The position numbers were made by a program, and so were the translations under genes. A DNA stretch of 64,000 nt, taken from sequence record MZ443783.1. One strand, 5' to 3'. Below the pieces are notes generated by a model. That model did not search any database, was not told where the DNA came from, and was given only the letters and a program-made list of their open reading frames with translations. Positions 18,874-26,900 of this stretch are shown here, piece by piece (position 1 is the stretch's first letter; every line of letters begins with the position of its first letter).

Positions 18874-21800
18874 TTCTTACCAATCCCCTTAAGTGCGGAA
18901 CGGAGCATCGACTTACTGATTTTGATTTTCTTAGGAGCACCATCGCCCATCGCAGCCGCTGCTTTCTTAGCTTTCTCGTCTGCTTCGTATTTCTCAAAGG
19001 TTTTGATGTTCTTCGGAAGTTCGGCAAGCCACTCTTTGATGTTCTTCTTGTCCTTGTTGGTGAGTGGATTGACCTTGTCCATCGACCGAATCTTAATGTC
19101 GTTGGCCCAAAGTTGTTTCTTCATCCAATCGGACATAAGGTGATACTGGTCCTGCATGATGCTGTCAGTCACCTTATCAACATCGAGGTCCTTCTCACCA
19201 AGCTCATCACGTTTGACGATCAGACCATCACGGATGAGTTTCTTGAGTTGAACGTAAGAGAAGTTCCAACCCTGTACGTCTTTCTCCGATGCACCGATTT
19301 CAAAGTCAATCTCAGGCACGGATGTGAACGCAAATCCTTCGTGGCGTTTCTGTACGACTTCGACCACTGCGCTGGTCATCGCACGTTCGATCATATCGAG
19401 CGCAAGGAAGATCCATTTATAATCGCAGTCAACAGTCAAGGAGTCGTGTACCGATACGTTCATATCGAAGTCAGGGTACTCACCATTCGCTTTGAAGTAG
19501 TCATACTTCATACGGTCCAGAATACGAATCGCACTCATCATCAAGTCAGAACCGAAACCCTGTACTGGACTGTTTACCGCACGACGGTCACAAGCGGCAT
19601 GAACCATGTTCGCTTCTTTGTGTGACTCAGGCAGCATCAGGCCCCAGAGATGACGACGACGACCGACTGGCGATTCGACATAGAAGTTCTCGTGTGCAAA
19701 CTTCTTGATCTTGTCGAACCATTTTAAGCCAACAGGGAAACGAGTAAGGAACTTGCCTTTGATTTCGGCAATCTCTTTCACGTCACGACCAGTAGACTTC
19801 GCAAGACCTTTATCGCCCTGCTGATAGATCAGACCGAAGATTACGGTCTTAACCGCGTTACGTACGGACTTGGTTACGTCCATTACGTTTGGAATACCGA
19901 AGAAGTATGCGGCGTTGATTTTGTGAACGTCACCTTCTGCTTCGACGCGGTGCTCGATCCACGGGTCAGGTACTGTACGGAAACGATGACGTAACTTACG
20001 GCCTTGCTCGAATACGTCTGCAACGCCTTGGTCACCTGAGATGATCGACCAGCCCCTTACTTCGTGGGCTGAGTAGTCGACCTTGATTAGTAAACGGTTC
20101 TTACGCGCAATCAAGATACGCTTGATCAGTTTACCCATCTCACTACGGCTCGGTACCTGTTGCAAGTTCGGGTCAGACGCTGAGGTACGACCCGTTACAA
20201 CTCCAAGATAACCATACGTCGGTCGGATTGATCTATCGTGTTTGAAGTCTTCCGATTCGCCCCAGAGTTTAAGCAGGCTGTTAACGTAGGCGTTCTTGAG
20301 CTTGTACGCTTTTCCGAGTTTCGAGTAGAGAGCAACAAGCGGTATATCTGCATACGCCGCTTGGAAGTCCTTGTCCAGCTTGCCCGTCTTCTTACCGTTC
20401 TCACGTAGCTGTTCCCCTTCTTTCAGAGGCTTGAGTTTCATCACGTCGAAGAACAGGATTTGCTTATGCTCTGACTTCGACATATCGAACTTCGTGACCT
20501 CGACTTTGCCCATAAGACCCATCTTAGGAACATTGTCGTCTTTGCAGATCAGTTTGTTCGCAGCCTTAACTTCAGGGCTGTTCATGAACTCACGCTCTAC
20601 GTTTCGAATCTCCTCGTTAATAGGAGAGTTTGGCAGGTTGAGCTTAAACAGGTAGTCGATATCAGCACCAGCGCCTGTCGTCTCCAGAATCGAGAACGCA
20701 TGAATCTGGTCGGAGATTTGCTCACTGACCATAGACTCATATTTGGCATACTTGATATCGTTGGCTCGCTTGAGTTGTTGCTCTGCGATGCGGAACGGAA
20801 CGATAACGTCGAGGCCAGCATATTCCTGAACGTTCTCGTCCAAGTCAACGTCGGCAATCGTCGCTCGCATCTCTTTACCGAACGATACTTCATGATACAC
20901 CTGACAGCCGTACTGCATCGTCAGGTTCGCTAAGTTGTAATAACCAGCGCCCGTAACGTTAAGCAATGACTTGGCGTTCTCATCGTTCGCAAACTCACCA
21001 GCCTGAATATCCCACACGTTCGCGGCGTAACTACGAATGCCAAAGTTGGAGCGCATTACGTTTAGGTCGAACTTCGCGTTGGTGTAGATTTGATACTTGT
21101 TCGAGTTCTCCTCAAAGAAGTCTTTGAATAGCTCACGAACCTTGCGCAGTTCTTTCGGACTGAATGGACTGTCGCGGTGATAAATAGGAATGACATATGC
21201 CTTCTGACCGTCATCCGATAACTGCACCGTTAAGATTTTATTCTTGATACGGTTCAGGTTCTCGGTTTCGGTATCGACTGCAACCTTCTTGGCGCGCTTC
21301 ATACGCTTCAAGATTTTCTCAAGTTGCTTGACCTTCGTTACATACACGAGGTCCCAGTTACGCTTCTTACCACACGTAACCTCTGCGATCTTATAGCGCA
21401 TCCCCTTGTTAAGCCACGGCAACATCCAGCGAGCCATGTAGCCGAGCGTGTACGATGAACCAGCAATGTGCATCGGGTTTAGAACGGTGTGATAGCTAAC
21501 GTTCGGCAGATGGACGAAGCTGTGTTTCTTCGAACCATGTTTGACCTTCGTCGGTATCTCAACACCGTACCAGTGCTCATAGTGATCTTTCGAGAACTGA
21601 ATCTTCTCGTTGTTCAGCGCTTTGAACGGCGCCTTACCAAACGTCAGCACGTAGTCAGGTTTGTAGTCTACAATGATTTCCCGAATACGGTCAGCGAACG
21701 CGGCATCGGCATCTTCCTTAAACTGTTCGCCCTTGTCATAGGTCTTGAACATGTTGTACGAGACAACGAGGAAGTTCCAATCGTCGAGAGTCGTCTTGGT

Positions 21801-22037
21801 CGGAAACGTATCTTCAAGATACTGAATCTGGTTTAGAAACAACTCACCTTCTGTCGAAGTAAAGATTCTGCCGCTACGCAGATCTTCGGTCGGCATATGA
21901 TCGAGGACGAGAAGTGCTTTGCCACCTTTAGCGCTTTTACTTACGCTTTTCAAAAGTCGAACGCCATCGTAGGTCTGCATGTCTGCAAACTGTTCAGGCG
22001 GATCGAAGTCGAGGGATATAAACTTTGGTTTTTCCAC
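18870..22037 (-). CDS. polA: Family A DNA polymerase with N-terminal UDG-like domain and 3'-5' exonuclease (1055 aa)
   Basis: Exo: VAVDTET, NAKFDL, YAGLD. Pol: VTGRTSASDPNLQQVP, DYSAHEVR (motif A), RNAVKTVIFGLIY (motif B, Phe at the 762-equivalent position), NSPVQG, SVHDS (motif C). GTG start with AGGA SD. Confidence 0.95.
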   Translation of the reverse strand: MEKPKFISLDFDPPEQFADMQTYDGVRLLKSVSKSAKGGKALLVLDHMPTEDLRSGRIFTSTEGELFLNQIQYLEDTFPTKTTLDDWNFLVVSYNMFKTYDKGEQFKEDADAAFADRIREIIVDYKPDYVLTFGKAPFKALNNEKIQFSKDHYEHWYGVEIPTKVKHGSKKHSFVHLPNVSYHTVLNPMHIAGSSYTLGYMARWMLPWLNKGMRYKIAEVTCGKKRNWDLVYVTKVKQLEKILKRMKRAKKVAVDTETENLNRIKNKILTVQLSDDGQKAYVIPIYHRDSPFSPKELRKVRELFKDFFEENSNKYQIYTNAKFDLNVMRSNFGIRSYAANVWDIQAGEFANDENAKSLLNVTGAGYYNLANLTMQYGCQVYHEVSFGKEMRATIADVDLDENVQEYAGLDVIVPFRIAEQQLKRANDIKYAKYESMVSEQISDQIHAFSILETTGAGADIDYLFKLNLPNSPINEEIRNVEREFMNSPEVKAANKLICKDDNVPKMGLMGKVEVTKFDMSKSEHKQILFFDVMKLKPLKEGEQLRENGKKTGKLDKDFQAAYADIPLVALYSKLGKAYKLKNAYVNSLLKLWGESEDFKHDRSIRPTYGYLGVVTGRTSASDPNLQQVPSRSEMGKLIKRILIARKNRLLIKVDYSAHEVRGWSIISGDQGVADVFEQGRKLRHRFRTVPDPWIEHRVEAEGDVHKINAAYFFGIPNVMDVTKSVRNAVKTVIFGLIYQQGDKGLAKSTGRDVKEIAEIKGKFLTRFPVGLKWFDKIKKFAHENFYVESPVGRRRHLWGLMLPESHKEANMVHAACDRRAVNSPVQGFGSDLMMSAIRILDRMKYDYFKANGEYPDFDMNVSVHDSLTVDCDYKWIFLALDMIERAMTSAVVEVVQKRHEGFAFTSVPEIDFEIGASEKDVQGWNFSYVQLKKLIRDGLIVKRDELGEKDLDVDKVTDSIMQDQYHLMSDWMKKQLWANDIKIRSMDKVNPLTNKDKKNIKEWLAELPKNIKTFEKYEADEKAKKAAAAMGDGAPKKIKISKSMLRSALKGIGKK

Positions 22038-22075
22038 CAGCTAGTCCTATCAGTGTCTCACAATGTGATGGCAGT

Positions 22076-22084
22076 TATTTACAG
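22076..22084 (-). promoter_or_regulatory. Class-1 promoter-like motif CTGTAAATA
   Basis: Exact copy, 38 nt upstream of the polymerase start, right after a terminator. Confidence 0.7.
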
Positions 22085-22096
22085 ATTTTAGAAACG

Positions 22097-22123
22097 AAAA
22101 AGGGCACCCTAAGGCACCCTTTT
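22097..22123 (-). terminator. Intrinsic terminator
   Basis: GGGTGCC-TTAG-GGTGCCC-TTTTT. Confidence 0.85.
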
Positions 22124-22126
22124 AGA

Positions 22127-23314
22127 TTAAAGTTTACGCAGACCTTTCTTAATGGCCGCTTGTGCTTGAGCCGCTGTAGGGTCTTTCGTTGCAAACAGTT
22201 CGATAACGTTCTTGATTGATTCCAGCTCACCCAAATGAATCTGTACGTTCTGCACTTTCTTCAAGTGGTCACCGATGAACGTCATCAGCCATCCCTTCTG
22301 TTTCATAACTACGGAAACTTCCAGTCCCTTATACTCGAAGGAGAACTGGTTGCCCGTAGTACGAAGCAGTTTAGCAGCGCCAGGCGTAGGCTCAACAGCA
22401 CGGATGAACTTCGGCGCGTACTTGCTGGCCGTCTGAGTACGCAATACTGAGTATGCAGGGTCGAATGCCACAGCACCCGCAGTCACAGTCGCAGCTTTCT
22501 TACCTTTCGCGCCTGGCGTACCGACTTTGCCGACCAGCTTAGTGATTGCAGCAGCGAAAGCAGCAGGCGTAGGACGACGCAATTCCTGCCCGATTACAAT
22601 ACCACCAGTGTTGGTAGTAGCGCCGATATGCCATGAAGTCGAACGCTCGTACTCATGGAACTCATACGGTGGGTCGATATGAATCTCACGGTAGCGGGCG
22701 TTAGGGTTTGCAGCACTGAACGTCCAGTCAGACGACTGACCATTGCTTGGTGTGTGCTCGCCAACAAACGTCAGGCCTGTTGCTTCTGACAACGCGGCAG
22801 CAATAGAATCAATCTGCGTCTGCGTCACGTTGTTCATGAACTTAGGACCGATACGTGCGAGATCGATCTTAGGCAGAGAGGCATTCTGATTAACACGCTG
22901 CGCTACGACTTTGGCAGGCTTGGTGCCTGTATCGCCTTTAGTTTTAGCGACACGCTGAGGCTTGACAGCGGCTTTGGCTGTATCGTTCGGAGCAGTCACT
23001 TTGATCTTGATTGCACGAAGACCATTGATGGTAGTCACCAGCGTCTTCGCCTTGTACAGGTTCTTGATCGCAGTGACTGCATTTTTACCAGCAGCCTTCT
23101 TCACAAACGCGTTGGTCGCTTCGGTATCTTTCAGGATATCGAGAATGGCTTCGAGCTTAGACGTGTCCAGCTCTTTGATTTTTACCAGCTCGTCGATACG
23201 CTTGATCAGCACTTTGGCGTTCTTACCAAAGAGGATTTCTGCATTAGCGACCTGAGCTTTGGTGGCAGCAGAGACAGACACCACTGCACCACTGTTCATT
23301 GTCATTTCGTACAT
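22127..23314 (-). CDS. Hypothetical basic multidomain protein, possibly virion-internal (395 aa)
   Basis: AAGGAA SD; Lys/Ala-rich linker; N-terminal VVSVSAA motif. Confidence 0.55.
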   Translation of the reverse strand: MYEMTMNSGAVVSVSAATKAQVANAEILFGKNAKVLIKRIDELVKIKELDTSKLEAILDILKDTEATNAFVKKAAGKNAVTAIKNLYKAKTLVTTINGLRAIKIKVTAPNDTAKAAVKPQRVAKTKGDTGTKPAKVVAQRVNQNASLPKIDLARIGPKFMNNVTQTQIDSIAAALSEATGLTFVGEHTPSNGQSSDWTFSAANPNARYREIHIDPPYEFHEYERSTSWHIGATTNTGGIVIGQELRRPTPAAFAAAITKLVGKVGTPGAKGKKAATVTAGAVAFDPAYSVLRTQTASKYAPKFIRAVEPTPGAAKLLRTTGNQFSFEYKGLEVSVVMKQKGWLMTFIGDHLKKVQNVQIHLGELESIKNVIELFATKDPTAAQAQAAIKKGLRKL

Positions 23315-23323
23315 TGCTGTTCC

Positions 23324-23878
23324 TTATCGCTTCTTGGTCCAGTTGGAGTTCTGCTTAGGCTGCTGGTTATTTGCAGGCGCTGGTGCAGGCGTGTTGTCGT
23401 CCTCAATGTCATCTTCTTCATCGTCGATGACTTCTTCTTTTTCAGGCTCAGGCGCTTTCACCTGAGTGTTGAGGACAGATGCTGCGAGTGGTGCTTGCTG
23501 CACTGTATTTACAGTAGCAACAGGCTCTTGCACTGCGGCAGTACGCGCAACAGCAGCTTCACCTACAGCGTGTTCACGGACCATATCAACAGTGACCAAT
23601 TGACCTTTCTCTTTCAAGATCTCATCGGCGCGAGCTTGATCCCACTTGTCCCAAAGAATGTCGAGGCCTTTGTGCATGTAGTTCATGCCGGCAGGGAGTT
23701 TACCACGACCGTTGAAAGGCAGACCGTTCGAAGGAGTAGCTGGCTCGAACTCGTCCATCATCTCCCACTTACGTTTTGCTTCAATACACTTAGGGCCCCA
23801 GACACCGTCACACAGACCATCATAGAGTCCCATCATGGTCATGATAAGCTGGAGCTTCTGGTAGAATTTATTGAGCAT
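23324..23878 (-). CDS. Protein with N-terminal peptidoglycan-binding (PG_binding_1-like) motif and acidic low-complexity tail (184 aa)
   Basis: LQLIMTMMGLYDGLCDGVWGPKCIEA matches LQ..L...G......DG..G..T..A. Confidence 0.55.
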   Translation of the reverse strand: MLNKFYQKLQLIMTMMGLYDGLCDGVWGPKCIEAKRKWEMMDEFEPATPSNGLPFNGRGKLPAGMNYMHKGLDILWDKWDQARADEILKEKGQLVTVDMVREHAVGEAAVARTAAVQEPVATVNTVQQAPLAASVLNTQVKAPEPEKEEVIDDEEDDIEDDNTPAPAPANNQQPKQNSNWTKKR

Positions 23879-23900
23879 TATGTTTTCCTTGCGGCAAATG

Positions 23901-23919
23901 AAAGGGGCCGAAGCCCCTT
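23901..23919 (-). terminator. Intrinsic terminator
   Basis: AGGGGC-TTCG-GCCCCT-TT after the SNF2 gene. Confidence 0.75.
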
Positions 23920-23925
23920 ATCTGA

Positions 23926-26900
23926 TTACACTGCCTTGTTCTTGGTAGTGGTCAGTTTCAGACGGTCAAGAGCCGTCGTCAACTTCTTGATGTTCGTGAT
24001 GTTGTAGCCTGCTTTCACGATCTTGTTGATACGTGCTTTCGCAGTAGCGACATTCTTCACGAAGCCAATCCACATGCCTGGCGACACATCGAAGGTACCA
24101 AACTTACGAGTGTTCGGAATCTTCGTACCGACGAAACGTTTCATCTGCGGGTTAGTGTTCAGGTCGAACATGATACGCAGACGATCTTCCATTACCATCG
24201 GGTATGCCTTGACGTGTTTCTTATCAGAGGCTGCCTTGTGACGAATCAGGAAGAACTGTTTCAACTGCTCCTGAGCTTTCAACGCCAGTTTGATGTTGAA
24301 GCCCATACGCGGCGTAGACTCGTCGAAGAAGTCCAGCACGAACTCCAAGCGCTTCTCGGAAGGCTTGTCGAATGCCAGTTTCTTCTTAACCTCAATGAAG
24401 TCGAGCATCTTCTCGAAGTCTTCATAGTAGGCACAGTCGTAATACACGTAGTCACCGAACTCCACGAAGTCGAATGCCTTGAGGGCTTTCGCATCCGGGT
24501 CGGTAGCGTTCGCGTAAATAGCCACGAAGCCGTTGTACACGGTAGGCGTCAGTTCGAGCGCCATGTCTGCACCAGTCGCTTCTTCGACAGCGGCAGCAAC
24601 AGGTTTCTTACGACGAGTCGTGTTGTCCAACACAGGCAGATCAGCAGGCTTACGACGACGAACACGGCCAGCAGCCTCAGCAACACCTTCGTTGATTGGC
24701 TTACCTTCTGCTTTGTTCGTAGCACGTTGTTTGGCGCGAGCGGTCTTACGCGCTACAGCCACAACCTTCTTCTCTGTCTCAACGGTATCGGCAGTTTCTG
24801 TCTCGTCCTTAATCGTATCTTCAATTTCAATACGATTCGCTTCGGCCGTAGCACGTTTGCGGTCTTTCTCGTTCGCCCACGGTTTACGCGCTTCGAAGAA
24901 CTTCTTGAGATCAGCCTTGTCGACCTTAGTTGCGATGTGAACTTTGTTGGCAGAAATGCTAACAGTCTCACCTGTACCCGCCAGACGCACACGCACCGTA
25001 CTGATAGGACTATCTGCACGGAGTTTGCCGTCAACTGTACGCGCAGTCACAGACACGATAACACCATTGCCGTACTCAGTAACGACAGGTGCACGGTTCA
25101 GAGAATCTTTCAGGTTCTCACCGTTCGTGAAGTTGCGGTTACGTGTCCAGTCCAGCAGACGCTCCAGACCCCAGCCGTAGCGGTCAGGAATCTTCTGGTT
25201 GGCAACAAACGGAGTCTGCTCCATAACACGGAAGTCGTTCAGCGCTGGCGTAGCGGGCAGTGCCTGCATAGCTGCAACAGTCGTCTTACGCATCTCATGG
25301 AATTCCTGAGACTCGATTTCGTTCAGGTCGCGCTTGGCAAAGAAGTACTGGGCGAAGTCTTCCATCGTGTTGTTGTCGATGAGCAGTTTCGCACTCATCT
25401 TGATCGGGTCCAGTTTATACTGGTCGAGTGCTTCGTAACGCTGGTTGCCCTTCTCATCGAAGCGCGTTTTCTCCAGTGTCTTCCACATCAAACGAGCGAC
25501 CTTACCAACTTCGAGGGTCTTGTTCGTCATTACCCAGTCAATGAACACAACTTCACGGGCCATGTCGCCTGGCTTACCGTTCTCATCCAGTTTTGCAGCA
25601 GCAACGTCAGGACGGAAGATACGCGCAGTAGACTGATCGTAAGTACCTGGTGACCACGGAGTATCGCAGCGGATGATACGGCTACCCATCTGCATGTTGT
25701 GGCCTTCGGAGATTGCCTGTTCGTTCGCAATCAGAATCTGGACGTTGTTGTCCGTTTTGAATGCGTCGAGGTTAGCGTCTTTGTTCTGGCCCAGCTTACC
25801 AACTTCACCGTGATACACTACAGCAACTTTCTTGTAGTTCTCAGGCAGAGCGTTGTAGATAGCGTTAGCCGCACGAACGTAGCGCGTGAAGACAATCAGC
25901 TTGCCCTGAACCTCTGGTTTCCAGTAGTCCGGATCGTCCGGAGGCGGAACCATTGAAGGCGGTAAGGCTTGACGTTTGTACTCTTCGGACTGCTTACGTG
26001 CCAGATACTTCTGACCGTTGTAGACAGCAATGTCCAGTTCACGAGGAGTAACGCCTGGCTTCCAGTCGAAGATCTGCTGTTCACCAACCATCGGGTCACG
26101 TTCAGGCTGCACTTCGAAGTGCTTCTTGATACGGTCGATAATGGTCAGCACTTTCGCAGATACGAAGTTGGTAACACCAGCGGCTTCAAACGTCAGACGT
26201 GCAACGTCATCACCCATCGGGTCAGTCAACATCATTTCCATACGCTGGAAGTACATGTTCAGGTCGGCGTTACCTGCAAGCAGTGCGCCCAGGTCATCAC
26301 CTTCCTCGATATCGTCTTCGTCAATGTCGGAAGCGTTATCGTCAGCGCCACCAGCATCATCGTCTTCGTCATCGTTACCAGCAGAGGCTTTGCGTTTCGC
26401 AGCGTTGGCCGCGTCTTGCAATTTCTCCAGCACCTGTTCGTACATCGCGTTATACACCTCTTGGTGTAGCGCAGAGTTAGGAACAGACGGGTCATCGATC
26501 TCAACCTGAATGAAGGTGTCAATCGGGTTAGGCAGCATGAACGCCCAGTGCTTACGCTTGAACGAGATGAATGCAGTGTGGTTCGCCATACGAGAGTGAG
26601 CACGACGAATCATTTCGATATCGTCTTTCGCACCATCATACGCAACATCCAGTGAGTCACCGAACATTGCAGGCGTCATCAGCGCGGCCTGACCAACGAT
26701 ATCACGCACACGGTCAGTTACCAGCGTACCAGTCGCGATACGAGCATAGCGAACGGACGGAGCAGTGAATACCGCTTTGGTGTTGAAGTGAACCTGCGAG
26801 CCAGCCTGACCACCAGAGAAGTTCTTCACTTTATGCGACTCATCGAGCAGCACATAGCTGAAACGGAAGCGGTTAACGAACTCTACAGCACCACGCACAC

